Under the pieces are notes generated by a model. The model had not been told where the DNA came from. It did not search any database and saw only the letters and a list, made by a program, of their open reading frames with translations. Source: Acholeplasma sp. (lineage in GTDB: Bacteria > Bacillota_I > Bacilli_A > Acholeplasmatales > UBA5453). From it: a DNA stretch of 64,000 bases. The stretch is taken from the NCBI GenBank assembly GCA_036677365.1, contig JAVBWN010000003.1, positions 20,678 through 84,677 on the forward strand, read 5' to 3'. Shown here piece after piece: positions 49,514 to 59,696 of this stretch; the stretch's first letter is position 1, and every line of letters begins with the position of its first letter. A program made the translations under genes and the position numbers.

Positions 49514-49688
49514 AACATTTCTCCTTATTATTAACCGAATAAATCTATACAATTCGGATTTTGAGTTATGCGAGTATAAACTTATCATACAACAGTAGGG
49601 ATATTTTATAAACGATAATGAATAGACTTATAACGAAGTACTATTGCCTATGTTCATTTATGTTGAGGAAAAAAGCACTCGAAAGTGC

Positions 49689-50423
49689 TTAAGATCTGAA
49701 TAACCAAGGCAATGCTTTTTGAATGCCTCTGTCCCAATATTCCCAGTTGTGTTCACCATCATCAAAGATATAGGTGTGAGGAACTTGTTTATCTGTTAAG
49801 AATTGATGGAAGCTTTTGTTATCTTCAATCAAGAAGTCATGTTCACCACAGGTTAAGAATAGTTCTGGCAAAATACCCTTTTTAATATCTTTTTCCATTA
49901 AAAATCTCAAATCGTTTTTGCCGGTGGTTTTCTTACCAAACATGAGATCAAATTGAGGTAAACGGTGAACCATCCATGGAATCGCACGAATAAAATCAGG
50001 GTTCATGACACCCGATAAACTGACGGCTTTAACGAATTTCTTTGGGTTGCTTAGAGCGAACTTCATCGCCCCATAACCACCCATCGATAAACCTAAAATG
50101 TAGGCTTCTTTTTGAACTGGGAAGAGGTTCTCAATGAAAGGCACCAACTCTTTCATGAAATAGGTGTAGTATTGTAACCCGATGACATGGTCGGTGTAAT
50201 ACGCATTGAAGCCTGAAGGCATGATGACACAAGCGCGGTAGTTGCGCATGTAGCGTTCAATCGCGGTGAGTCTGGTCCAGTCTTGGTGATCGCCATTATA
50301 GCCATGTAAGACATAAAACGGACGGAGTTTTTCATTCTTTTTTAAATCATCGGGTACCAAAACGGTCAGCGATGTGTTCATTTCGAGTGCTTGAGAGAAA
50401 AACGATAATTGAATTTTTGACAT
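49689..50423 (-). CDS. alpha/beta-hydrolase esterase (S-formylglutathione hydrolase / tributyrin esterase-like)
   Basis: LHG, GLSMGG, D and H of the catalytic triad (GEHNWEYW). Confidence 0.88.
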   Translation of the reverse strand: MSKIQLSFFSQALEMNTSLTVLVPDDLKKNEKLRPFYVLHGYNGDHQDWTRLTAIERYMRNYRACVIMPSGFNAYYTDHVIGLQYYTYFMKELVPFIENLFPVQKEAYILGLSMGGYGAMKFALSNPKKFVKAVSLSGVMNPDFIRAIPWMVHRLPQFDLMFGKKTTGKNDLRFLMEKDIKKGILPELFLTCGEHDFLIEDNKSFHQFLTDKQVPHTYIFDDGEHNWEYWDRGIQKALPWLFRS

Positions 50424-50425
50424 GG

Positions 50426-50923
50426 TTAGTCCTCCTTCAAAGGAATGATATGGGTTTGTTCAGCAGCCCCATAACTGCCATAAGTGATGATGAGTTCACC
50501 ATCCATAAATGTGTAGTTGCAATAAGCATCTTCACCCGTCTCACAGGTGAAAACCTCACTGTAAAACAAGCCATTTCTTTGATAAAAACGGTCAGTGCCA
50601 CTGAAGAAGAATGATCGAGATTCCACGATGATGCCTGCCTCAGGATGCATGACTTTGGTCGGTGTTTCAAATATCACCACAATGAAAAAAGCAAACCCAG
50701 TGATGAGTACGAATAGACTCATGAGTACTTTGATGAACCACTGTGCAGAAAAGACAATCGCGAGGTAAATCATGAACCCACCAATTGGAATTAAATAGAC
50801 ATAACTATTGATTACAAATAACCCATCAAGTAAAGTCAATATCCCGAATCGATTGAGGATGAATGAAAGTATCCCGACGACAAGCAACGTAGACGCGATA
50901 TAAATCCAATGACTGATTTTCAT
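50426..50923 (-). CDS. hypothetical membrane protein
   Basis: Three TMs and a soluble C-terminus. Coupled to both neighbours. Confidence 0.7.
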   Translation of the reverse strand: MKISHWIYIASTLLVVGILSFILNRFGILTLLDGLFVINSYVYLIPIGGFMIYLAIVFSAQWFIKVLMSLFVLITGFAFFIVVIFETPTKVMHPEAGIIVESRSFFFSGTDRFYQRNGLFYSEVFTCETGEDAYCNYTFMDGELIITYGSYGAAEQTHIIPLKED

Positions 50924-51897
50924 AAGACAGTTTCGTTGGGGTAAGCGACGCCGATTTGTTTTCGAATCTCATCCATTTGGCGTAAGATTTCTAGGGTATT
51001 CTCGTCATTCATCCAAGGGGTTCTAAAACTATGATTTTCTACGGCTTCAATGAATCCATGGATTTCATACTCGTAGCCATTGACTTTGTGTGGTATTTTG
51101 ATGTGTTCGATGATCTCTTTAGATAAATCATAGATGTATGCCTCATGGGCACCCCAGAAGAATGGGACTTTGATTGAACCTTTAGAACCATAAATCCAGG
51201 CATCTTTACCGCCTTCTTCAATGACAGAGGCGTGTAGGGTTGCTACTGCATGGTTATAATGATAAATTAAGTCCACAGTACCATCCACTTTTGTATGGGT
51301 CAAGCGTGCTTTAGCTTCCAGGGTATTCGGTACACCTAAAACCAAATTGGCGTAAGTAATCGGATAAATCCCAACATCGAGTAGCGCGCCGCCACCCAAA
51401 GCAGGATTCATCAAACGGGCGTCATCCGATGGGTTACCACCAAACGCGAAATCGACTTTCATCGATTGGATTTCACCAATCATACCATTTTGAATCCGAT
51501 TCAGGACGGTTTGTGTGACAGGTAAGAAGCGTGTCCACATCGCTTCCATGACAAAGACACCTTGGGCTTTCGCAAGCTCAAAGATGTGTGATGCTTGTTG
51601 TCTATTGAGCGTAAATGCTTTTTCACACAAAATGTGTTTCTTATGTTGAATGATTTCTTTCATTTGTTCATAGTGTAACCCATGGGGTGTTGCGACATAG
51701 ATCGCATCCACTAAGGGGTCTTGATACAAAGATAAGTAATCCCCATAAGCTTGGATAAATCCGTATTTTTGTTGAAACTCACGGGCTTTTTCAATCGAAC
51801 GACTGGCTACCGCCTGAAGCGTAACGCCAGTGCCTTGACACGCTGTTGAGAATGCATGGGCAATCGCACCAGCACCAATTAAACCGAAGCGTAACAT
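50920..51897 (-). CDS. Gfo/Idh/MocA oxidoreductase
   Basis: GAGAIA, CEKAF, EAMWTRF, GGGALLDVGIYP. Confidence 0.92.
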   Translation of the reverse strand: MLRFGLIGAGAIAHAFSTACQGTGVTLQAVASRSIEKAREFQQKYGFIQAYGDYLSLYQDPLVDAIYVATPHGLHYEQMKEIIQHKKHILCEKAFTLNRQQASHIFELAKAQGVFVMEAMWTRFLPVTQTVLNRIQNGMIGEIQSMKVDFAFGGNPSDDARLMNPALGGGALLDVGIYPITYANLVLGVPNTLEAKARLTHTKVDGTVDLIYHYNHAVATLHASVIEEGGKDAWIYGSKGSIKVPFFWGAHEAYIYDLSKEIIEHIKIPHKVNGYEYEIHGFIEAVENHSFRTPWMNDENTLEILRQMDEIRKQIGVAYPNETVL

Positions 51898-52065
51898 TGT
51901 ATCACCTCATCATATTCATCATAACATAAATCACTATAAATAAATGGATTTGTTCAAAAATTACCAACTCTGTAAAAAATATGCGAAATAATCTTGAAAT
52001 ACATAGTGTTTTCTAATTAATAGCGTTATAATATAGCAAAAGCATCATTTCATAAGGGGGATATT

Positions 52066-52308
52066 ATGAGAGCACTACTTAAATTAATCTTACTCGTCTT
52101 ACTGGGCCTAACTGGACTATTCTACTTTTTACCACTCATTGAAAACGCCGATTCTTTAGTCGCTGTCGTTTCTGCATTTGAAGCCAACATGGCATGGGTA
52201 GAATCCTTATACTTAGAAGTCGCAGCCGTTCTTACATTTGGTAGAGACTTGATGTTGCTCATGATTTTTGAAGTCATGTGTATCATCGCTTTAAAAAAAG
52301 ACAAATAA
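52066..52308 (+). CDS. small hypothetical membrane protein
   Basis: AAGGGGG RBS, 80 aa, 2 hydrophobic segments. Confidence 0.6.
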   Translation: MRALLKLILLVLLGLTGLFYFLPLIENADSLVAVVSAFEANMAWVESLYLEVAAVLTFGRDLMLLMIFEVMCIIALKKDK

Positions 52309-52349
52309 GATGAAACCCGGTGACGGGTTTTATTTTTAAGGGGGATATC

Positions 52350-53315
52350 ATGAAAAAAGTGATCGGTATCGGTGAACTATTAATCGATATGATGCCTAAT
52401 CAATCGGGTATGAAACTCAAGGATGTATCTGGGTTTACCAAAAAAGCCGGTGGCGCTCCTGCGAATGTGTGTGTTGCAGCGGCCAACCTCGGCAACCCAA
52501 GTATTTTTCTAGGCCAAGTCGGTAAAGATGCGTTTGGCGATTTTTTGGTGGATGAATTGAAGAACTATGGTGTGAACACGCGCCATATAAATCAAACCAA
52601 AGAAGCCAACTCCTGTTTGGCTTTCGTCACTCTATCTTCAGAAGGCGAACGTGATTTTATCTTTTATCGTAATCCAAGTGCTGACCAACGCTATGATGGA
52701 CCAAAAGATTTATCGATTTTAGACAATCAAATCCTCCATTTTTGTAGTGTGTCTTTGTTGGGGGATTATCCAATGGTTCAAACACACAAGCGTTTGTTGG
52801 ATTACGCCAAAACAAAATCTACCATCCTCAGTTTTGACCCAAACATTCGTTTGGCTTTATCCGAGGATCACACCAAATATCAACGTACGATTCAATCGTA
52901 TTTACCTTATGCAGACATCCTAAAAATTGGTATCGATGAACTTGAATTCATCACAGGCAAATCAATATACTTTGATCAAATCCACTATTTAAAGCAGTTT
53001 CCGTGGCAAATCCTCGTCGTCACTTTAGGTAAAGATGGGGTACATATCTATACGAGAAAAGAAGATGTGATCGTTAAGGGCTATGAAGTTTCTGTTAAAG
53101 ATACCACTGGGGCAGGGGATGCTTGGATTGGTGCCTTTTTGGCTCAATGCGCACATCATGACACATTACCAACCGATATGAGGTTACTTCAAAAATACGC
53201 TAAAGTTGCCAATGCGTTCGCGGCCTTAACCACCACGAAGCTCGGGGCGATGGAAGCGATGCCTACCCTAATAGAATTAAATGCCTTTATAGATGAAAAA
53301 GACCTCAAAAAATGA
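52350..53315 (+). CDS. PfkB carbohydrate kinase (fructokinase-like)
   Basis: GGAPANV, FDPNIR, DTTGAGDA. Confidence 0.92.
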   Translation: MKKVIGIGELLIDMMPNQSGMKLKDVSGFTKKAGGAPANVCVAAANLGNPSIFLGQVGKDAFGDFLVDELKNYGVNTRHINQTKEANSCLAFVTLSSEGERDFIFYRNPSADQRYDGPKDLSILDNQILHFCSVSLLGDYPMVQTHKRLLDYAKTKSTILSFDPNIRLALSEDHTKYQRTIQSYLPYADILKIGIDELEFITGKSIYFDQIHYLKQFPWQILVVTLGKDGVHIYTRKEDVIVKGYEVSVKDTTGAGDAWIGAFLAQCAHHDTLPTDMRLLQKYAKVANAFAALTTTKLGAMEAMPTLIELNAFIDEKDLKK

Positions 53316-53319
53316 GGTC

Positions 53320-54213
53320 TTATTTGTCCTTATAGCGGTTTCTTGGGTGAACTCGACAGTCATCCGAACATGAACCACGGTATTTGATTTCATTTTCAAC
53401 GGTGCATAAGATTTGTTTGTTACAATCCGGGTTGGCACAGTTGATATACCTTTCACACGGTTCACCAGTGAAATGGTCTTTACCCACAATTCGTGGGTTC
53501 ACTTGATTGATTGGTACTGCGATTCGGTTATCAAATACATAGCACTGTCCATCCCAATAAGCCCCTTGAGCTACCGGGTCTTTACCGTAAGTGACAATCC
53601 CACCATGGAGTTGTCCAACATCATCAAAACCTTCCCGTTTGAGCCATCCTGAGAATTTCTCACAACGTACCCCACCCGTACAATACGTCAAAATCTTTTT
53701 GCCTTTAAATTGTTCTTTATTTTCCCTAATCCAGTTTGGCAAATCTCTAAAGCGTTTGATCTCTGGTTTGATGGCCCCTCTAAAATGACCTAAATCGTAT
53801 TCGTAGTCATTTCTCGCATCGATGATGATGGTTTCAGGGTCATGGATTCGTTCAAAAAACTCTTTCGGTTCGACGTAACGCCCAGTCAATTCCTTGGGAT
53901 TCACATCGTCTTCTAAACTGAAGTTCACGAGTTCATTTTTCACACGGACATGCATCTTTTTAAAGGCGTGACCATCCGCTTCATCGATTTTATAAGTCAC
54001 CCCTTTAAAGTAAGGGTGTTGTTCCATCCAATCAATGTAGGTTTGAACCTCTGACACGGTCCCTGATACGGTACCGTTGATGCCTTCTTCAGAAATATAA
54101 ATGCGGCCGAGTAAGCCTAAGTTTTGACAAAAAGCCAAATGTTCTTCACGTAAGACTTGTGGGTCTTCGATTCGAACGTAATGGTAGTAGAGTAAAACAC
54201 GATAATCTTGCAT
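53320..54213 (-). CDS. trhO: rhodanese-domain UPF0176 protein (tRNA uridine hydroxylase TrhO-like)
   Basis: [30 protein letters not shown]. Confidence 0.85.
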   Translation of the reverse strand: MQDYRVLLYYHYVRIEDPQVLREEHLAFCQNLGLLGRIYISEEGINGTVSGTVSEVQTYIDWMEQHPYFKGVTYKIDEADGHAFKKMHVRVKNELVNFSLEDDVNPKELTGRYVEPKEFFERIHDPETIIIDARNDYEYDLGHFRGAIKPEIKRFRDLPNWIRENKEQFKGKKILTYCTGGVRCEKFSGWLKREGFDDVGQLHGGIVTYGKDPVAQGAYWDGQCYVFDNRIAVPINQVNPRIVGKDHFTGEPCERYINCANPDCNKQILCTVENEIKYRGSCSDDCRVHPRNRYKDK

Positions 54214-54450
54214 AAAATCCTCCGTTACGATAGTTATACTATAAGGAAATATCTAAAGATATTCAAACCATATGCACAGCCTCAAATAGAAAAAATATAA
54301 TAAAAGTACCAATAAAAACCTTAGGGTATCCGTATATTGGGTGCTGGTGATTCAAAATCAGCATCTCCCACACAAAAAGCACGGCCTTTGTCGTGCTTTT
54401 TTTCTCTATTTTGGCGATAATACGCTATAATTGAGTATGGAGTGATTGCT

Positions 54451-55653
54451 ATGTTGCTAGATTGTATCGTCATTGGGGGTGGACCAGCTGGATTGATGGC
54501 TTGTAACCAACTCGAAGGACACAAAAACTACATCCTATTGGAAAAAAACGATAAAGTCGGTAAAAAGTTATTGCTCACCGGTGGAAAACGTTGTAATATC
54601 ACCAATAACCTGTCTGTACGTGACTTTATAGAATCCTTGCATATGCCCCATAAACGATTTCTTTACCCGGCTTTAACCCAATTTGGACCCAAAGATGTCA
54701 TCCAATTTTTCAATGTTCGTGGTCTTGAACTCGATTTAGAACAAAACTTTAAATACTTTCCAAAAACAGGTAAAAGCCAATCGGTGTTGGATGCGTTATT
54801 AAAAGGCATCAAAACCGAACGGATCCATTACAATGAACCCGCTAAAAAAATCACCAAACAAGAGGATTTATATGTCGTTGAAACGGAATTAGAAACCTAT
54901 CTAACCAAGAACCTCATCATCGCGGTAGGGTCAAACGCTTACCCATCGATGGGGTCAAGCGGTGACGCCTTGGTGTTTGCGAAATATTTGGATATCCCTT
55001 ATAAACCCTATACGCCAGCGGAAACTTACCTATTTTCAGATAAAGTCAAACAACAAGATTTAGACTTACAAGGGGTTGCGATCACAACCCAAATCCGAAT
55101 CAATCAAGATAAAAAGACCCACGATGGCGATCTCCTATTTACCCATTTTGGGGTATCTGGACCCATCATTTTACACATCTCTGAACTCATTTATGCCCGC
55201 CTTCAAAAAGAACCGGTCACTTTATATATCACATTAACGGATGCTGACCCGGTTATTTTATTCAATGAGAGTAGAACGACCAAAGACACGGTGATGACCG
55301 TCCTAGAAAAAATCACTTCAAAGCGTTTAGCGAAAAAAGTCATGGATGTCTCAGGGATTGAAAATAAACGTGTCTCGGATATGAAGAAAACCGAAGTTGA
55401 ACTTATATCCAAATTATTGACCGAATTCCCGATCCCGATTGAACGGGTTGAAGTCAAAGAAAAAGCCTTTGTCAATGCCGGTGGGATTGATGTAAAAGCG
55501 TTGAACCCACAAACCATGGAATCAATACAATCCAAAGGGTTATATTTTGTTGGCGAATCCACCGACCTCCAAGGACCGATTGGGGGATTCAATATCACGA
55601 TTGCATTATCCACGGGCAGGTTGGCTGCCAATCACGTCGTATCGAAGGGGTAA
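54451..55653 (+). CDS. HI0933/YhiN-family flavoprotein
   Basis: GGGPAG, GKKLLLTGGKRCNITN, LFTHFGVSGP, GPIGGFNI. Confidence 0.92.
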   Translation: MLLDCIVIGGGPAGLMACNQLEGHKNYILLEKNDKVGKKLLLTGGKRCNITNNLSVRDFIESLHMPHKRFLYPALTQFGPKDVIQFFNVRGLELDLEQNFKYFPKTGKSQSVLDALLKGIKTERIHYNEPAKKITKQEDLYVVETELETYLTKNLIIAVGSNAYPSMGSSGDALVFAKYLDIPYKPYTPAETYLFSDKVKQQDLDLQGVAITTQIRINQDKKTHDGDLLFTHFGVSGPIILHISELIYARLQKEPVTLYITLTDADPVILFNESRTTKDTVMTVLEKITSKRLAKKVMDVSGIENKRVSDMKKTEVELISKLLTEFPIPIERVEVKEKAFVNAGGIDVKALNPQTMESIQSKGLYFVGESTDLQGPIGGFNITIALSTGRLAANHVVSKG

Positions 55654-55656
55654 TTT

Positions 55657-55980
55657 ATGGCCAGTTCACAAGATTATGTCTCTTATGTGGTAGAAAAACT
55701 CAGTCGTTTTTATGATGTATCTTATCGAAAAATGTTTGGTGAATACATGATTTATATCGACTTAAAACCAATTCTATTGGTATGTGATGACCAACCTTAT
55801 CTTAAAATACACGAATCAACAACACCCATCTTAAAAGACGCTGAAACAGGTTATCCTTATCAAGGGGCTAAACTACACTATCTTTTGGATATCGATGATG
55901 ATTTCATCACCAAACAAGCGATCGATGCGTTATTGCCAAATATCGTCGTTAAACCCAAGAAAAAGAAAAAACAAACCTAA
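55657..55980 (+). CDS. TfoX/Sxy N-terminal domain protein
   Basis: YRKMFGEY...CDD and PYQGAK. Confidence 0.8.
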   Translation: MASSQDYVSYVVEKLSRFYDVSYRKMFGEYMIYIDLKPILLVCDDQPYLKIHESTTPILKDAETGYPYQGAKLHYLLDIDDDFITKQAIDALLPNIVVKPKKKKKQT

Positions 55981-55997
55981 TATGTTGAGGGATTACT

Positions 55998-57062
55998 ATG
56001 CAAGCTAAACCGAATTATGTCGATATTGAGACAAGACAATACTATCATCAAGCCAATCTGGTCTATTTATCGACCATCGCAGCAGACTGTATTATTGTCC
56101 CCATCATCTTTTTTACCGGTAGTATGGTCTCCTTTTATGGGAATCTCATCGGTATGGTGATTGCTTTAATCGCGGTGTATCTAAATAAGAAGAAGAAATA
56201 TGGATTATCGGCATTTTTATTCATTCTTACCATCACAGCGCTTGGTGTAATTCAAGTCTTGTTATTTGGACTCAATTCGGGCTTCATGTATTATTTTTTC
56301 AACATGAGCGTATTGATCGTCTATACAAAATGGCGTCCGAGCCTCAAGTTTGTCGGTGTATTGACCCAAATCATCTTGTTTGGATTTACATTTGCCTATG
56401 CCATTCAAAACCCACCTTTATACCCATTAGAGCTGGGATGGATCATATTCTTCCATGTCATTAACTTCGTTCTTAACATCATCGGTGTCGCCAACTCAGC
56501 GTATTATTATATTCGAATTGCGAAAGACGCTCAAAATTCATTATCGACACTGGCGACCACAGACTACTTAACGGGTGTTAATAACCGTGTTGCTTTTGAT
56601 TCGTATATGCAAGATAAGAAGAACGCTTTTGATAAAACCAAACGCCCTTTTGGGCTATTGATGATCGATGTCGACTTCTTCAAAAAAATCAACGATACCT
56701 ATGGCCACAGTTGTGGCGATGAGATTTTGGTTTCAATCGCGAAATTACTCAAAGAAGAACGCGGAAACCAAGACTTTGTGGCCCGTTATGGGGGCGAAGA
56801 GTTTGTCTATGTCATCGATGCTTTCCAACCAAAGACAGTCATAGAAATCGCTGAACGCTTACGTAAAAAAGTAGAAGCCTATGTCTTTAAATATCGAAAA
56901 CAGGAAATCAAAATGACCATATCGATTGGCGGAATATTCGTCAATCGTGAATGTACTGAAACCATGGATGGTTGGATCGAATGCGCAGACCAACGTCTAT
57001 ACCAAGCCAAATCGGAAGGCAGAAACCGAGTCATCATAGGAGAATCCATGCATGCAAGCTAA
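55998..57062 (+). CDS. membrane diguanylate cyclase (GGEEF)
   Basis: Six TMs, TDYLTGVNNR, DVDFFKKINDTYGH, RYGGEEF. Confidence 0.9.
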   Translation: MQAKPNYVDIETRQYYHQANLVYLSTIAADCIIVPIIFFTGSMVSFYGNLIGMVIALIAVYLNKKKKYGLSAFLFILTITALGVIQVLLFGLNSGFMYYFFNMSVLIVYTKWRPSLKFVGVLTQIILFGFTFAYAIQNPPLYPLELGWIIFFHVINFVLNIIGVANSAYYYIRIAKDAQNSLSTLATTDYLTGVNNRVAFDSYMQDKKNAFDKTKRPFGLLMIDVDFFKKINDTYGHSCGDEILVSIAKLLKEERGNQDFVARYGGEEFVYVIDAFQPKTVIEIAERLRKKVEAYVFKYRKQEIKMTISIGGIFVNRECTETMDGWIECADQRLYQAKSEGRNRVIIGESMHAS

Positions 57063-57282
57063 ATTTATCGTACCTAATTTAACCTGTCAGGATTGTAGTT
57101 GTGGCCATTGTGCTCAAATGTTACTGATTGGACTAAAAAGCAATAAAGACATATTATCCGTCAAACCCGATTACAAACAGAAAACCCTAGAAGTAGAATT
57201 CCAAAAACCCATGACCATTCGAAGAATCATGATATTTGCGAGAAATAAAGGGTACGAAATCGAAGAAATTCAAGCACTTTAG
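57052..57282 (+). CDS. heavy-metal-associated (CopZ-like) domain protein
   Basis: NLTCQDCSCGHC in an HMA-like fold, with a C-terminal GY. Confidence 0.7.
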   Translation: MQAKFIVPNLTCQDCSCGHCAQMLLIGLKSNKDILSVKPDYKQKTLEVEFQKPMTIRRIMIFARNKGYEIEEIQAL

Positions 57283-57342
57283 GGTGCTTTTTTCGTTTTT
57301 ATAGGATTTATAATCAAAAATCCACAAATTCTTAAAATAATA

Positions 57343-57708
57343 TTGAAAAAGAGACAAATAAAAATTGTCTTTTTTAACAACACAATCAAGAAGTACGCAT
57401 CCTCTTCAGGTACGGGGTCATTCACACAAGCCGGGCTCTATTTTTCATACCCACAAAATACGTCCATGATTACCATCTTAAACCGTGTAGGGTCATACCC
57501 AGCCGTGACAGGTGCAGAAAATTTTGGGTCTTATGAGGGTTCAGTCTTGATTGAATTCTTAATGCCGAATGCTTACATGTATATGAGTTATAATGGGGGA
57601 GACTATGTATACTTACCACATAGAGTTTGTCTTGAACGTGTCGGTTATTATGCATTATATTATAGAACCGCCACAGGCATTCAATCGATCTCATTTGAAA
57701 TTAAATAA
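57343..57708 (+). pseudogene. ORF or gene remnant carrying an in-frame 48-bp insertion
   Basis: Open frame with only a TTG start and no clear RBS. Contains the mini-element at 57378-57425. Confidence 0.4.
57378..57425 (+). mobile_element. 48-bp non-autonomous IS200/IS605 derivative (PATE-like)
   Basis: Preceded by TTTAA. The first 17 nt, CAACACAATCAAGAAGT, are identical to the IS left end at 63735. Then a hairpin remnant CCTCTTCAGG and an end at TTCAC. Confidence 0.7.
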
Positions 57709-57737
57709 TGAATAAGGGACGCCGCGGCGTCCCTGCA

Positions 57738-58523
57738 TTATTTTTGAATGCTTTGATTGAGTTTTATTAATTCGTCGTTGGTGAGGTATCGATAATAACC
57801 CACAGGCAAACCTGTTTTGGTGATGTGCATGATACGAATGCGTTCGAGTGACACCACTTCATAGCCTAAAGCGGTAGTCATACGTCTGATTTGACGATTC
57901 ATCCCTTGTTTTAAGATGATTCGAAAGTGGGTATCGTCTTCTTGAATGAGTTTACATGGTTCGGTTTGTTGGAACTTTTTGGTTTTTAAGTTGAAAATGA
58001 CAACCCCTTGTTCCATATAATCGATGAATGATTTAGTCAAAGGCTTATCCACTTCAACCAAATATTCTTTTTCATGACCATATTCAACCCGTAGGATTTT
58101 ATTGACGATATCGCCATCGTTGGTGAGTAAAATCAACCCTCTTGAATCTTTATCTAGTCGACCAATCGGAAAGATGACCTCATCGAGATGCATATAGTCA
58201 ACAATGTTGTTTTCGATGTGTCGTTCTGTGGTACAGACGATGCCTTCGGGTTTATTCAACACGATATAGACCTTATCTTCAATCGGTTTAACCACCGCAC
58301 CATCGATTTTGACGATATCGTTTTTTTCCACACGCATGCCAAGCTGAGCAGTCATCCCATTTAAAGTCACCACACCCGATTGAATGAGTTCATCGGCTTT
58401 TCGTCTCGAACAATAGCCTGAATCTGCGATGTATTTATTGATCGAAATCCCTTTGTCTTTGACATGTTCTATTTTAATGTCTTCGGTTTGGAAGACTTGA
58501 GTTAATCGTTTTGCATAATCCAT
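57738..58523 (-). CDS. RsuA/RluF-family pseudouridine synthase
   Basis: S4 domain CSRRKAD, NKPEG, IGRLDKDSRG, GMNRQIRRM. Confidence 0.92.
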   Translation of the reverse strand: MDYAKRLTQVFQTEDIKIEHVKDKGISINKYIADSGYCSRRKADELIQSGVVTLNGMTAQLGMRVEKNDIVKIDGAVVKPIEDKVYIVLNKPEGIVCTTERHIENNIVDYMHLDEVIFPIGRLDKDSRGLILLTNDGDIVNKILRVEYGHEKEYLVEVDKPLTKSFIDYMEQGVVIFNLKTKKFQQTEPCKLIQEDDTHFRIILKQGMNRQIRRMTTALGYEVVSLERIRIMHITKTGLPVGYYRYLTNDELIKLNQSIQK

Positions 58524-58676
58524 AGTATCACCGAAATCATTATACACAAAATAGGGGGGGATTGCTAAAAAAAAACACCTTATTTATAATAAAAGAAACT
58601 TTTTGGTCATTTGATATGCAAAATGAATCCATGCGCGTCCGTCTTCATATAAAATAAAATCAAGAGGTGATTTACA

Positions 58677-59084
58677 ATGAAAGTTTCGATTCAAACAACC
58701 ATCCAAAAACCAATCGAATTGGTTTGGAAAACATACATTACACCCAAACACGTGGATGCTTGGAATCACGCCACTCCGGACTGGGAAACGGTCGGTTCAA
58801 CATCGGATTTTAGGGTGGGTGGATATTTCAAATACCCGATGCGTGCTAAAGACCATTCATTTGGTTTTGATTTTGAAGGTGAGTTTCTACAGATAGAACC
58901 GCTCAAGTACATTAAATATCGATTATTAGATGACCGTATTGTTGAAATCAAATTTAGTGAACAACCTAAACAAGTGAAAGTTGAAGTCATTTTTGATACG
59001 GAAACTGAAAATAGTGTAGAGTTACAACGACAAGGGTGGCAACAAATCCTAGACGCTTTCAAGCGTTATTGTTTGACCCTATAA
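58677..59084 (+). CDS. SRPBCC/AHSA1 domain protein
   Basis: WNHATPDW, DFRVGG, GFDFEG, QRQGWQQIL. Confidence 0.85.
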   Translation: MKVSIQTTIQKPIELVWKTYITPKHVDAWNHATPDWETVGSTSDFRVGGYFKYPMRAKDHSFGFDFEGEFLQIEPLKYIKYRLLDDRIVEIKFSEQPKQVKVEVIFDTETENSVELQRQGWQQILDAFKRYCLTL

Positions 59085-59158
59085 TTTGAAAACAATAATG
59101 ATTGTAAAAATGTCATAAATCGCTTATAATGTATACGATTTAGAGAGGATATATACAC

Positions 59159-59578
59159 ATGAAAATAACCGATGAAGCAAAAGTCTTATTACAAGATATT
59201 TTAAAGAAAGAAAACTTCAACTGCGTGATTGCAGGATTACACTACCATTGTTCTTGTGGGGACGCGACTGTTCAATTTGGCCTAGGGAACATCGAAGATG
59301 GCGACCAAGTCTATACCTACAATGAAATTCCAGTGGTGATGGAAGAAGAAACCGTCTCCCGCACTGAACTCATTACGATTTATGTCGAAAATGGCGAATT
59401 GATGTTTTTAGATGAAGCAGAATTCGACGAAGTTGAAGATGGCTGTGGCTGTGGACATCACCACGACCATGATCACCACCATGAAGGCGATTGTGACTGT
59501 GGTCACAACCATGAAGATGGCGAAGATTGCGCTTGTGGACACGATCACGACGATTGTGAATGCAAACACCAACACTAA
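59159..59578 (+). CDS. HesB-like domain protein with a His/Cys-rich metal-binding tail
   Basis: MKITDEAK...CSCG; tail GCGCGHHHDHDHHHEGDCDCGH...CECKHQH. Confidence 0.7.
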   Translation: MKITDEAKVLLQDILKKENFNCVIAGLHYHCSCGDATVQFGLGNIEDGDQVYTYNEIPVVMEEETVSRTELITIYVENGELMFLDEAEFDEVEDGCGCGHHHDHDHHHEGDCDCGHNHEDGEDCACGHDHDDCECKHQH

Positions 59579-59696
59579 CACCTGTCAAGGGTGTTTTTTT
59601 TCGCAGTGTGCGCGCACATATATCATTTTTAGAAACAGTATGATATAATGCTTATTGTTATAAAATTATTCATCAAGGAGAATATTAAGCCCATAT

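Noticed and set aside
57378..57450. Stand-alone TnpB omega-RNA / guide cassette
   Set aside because: At 48 bp it is much shorter than known omega-RNA scaffolds. A collapsed IS remnant explains it better.
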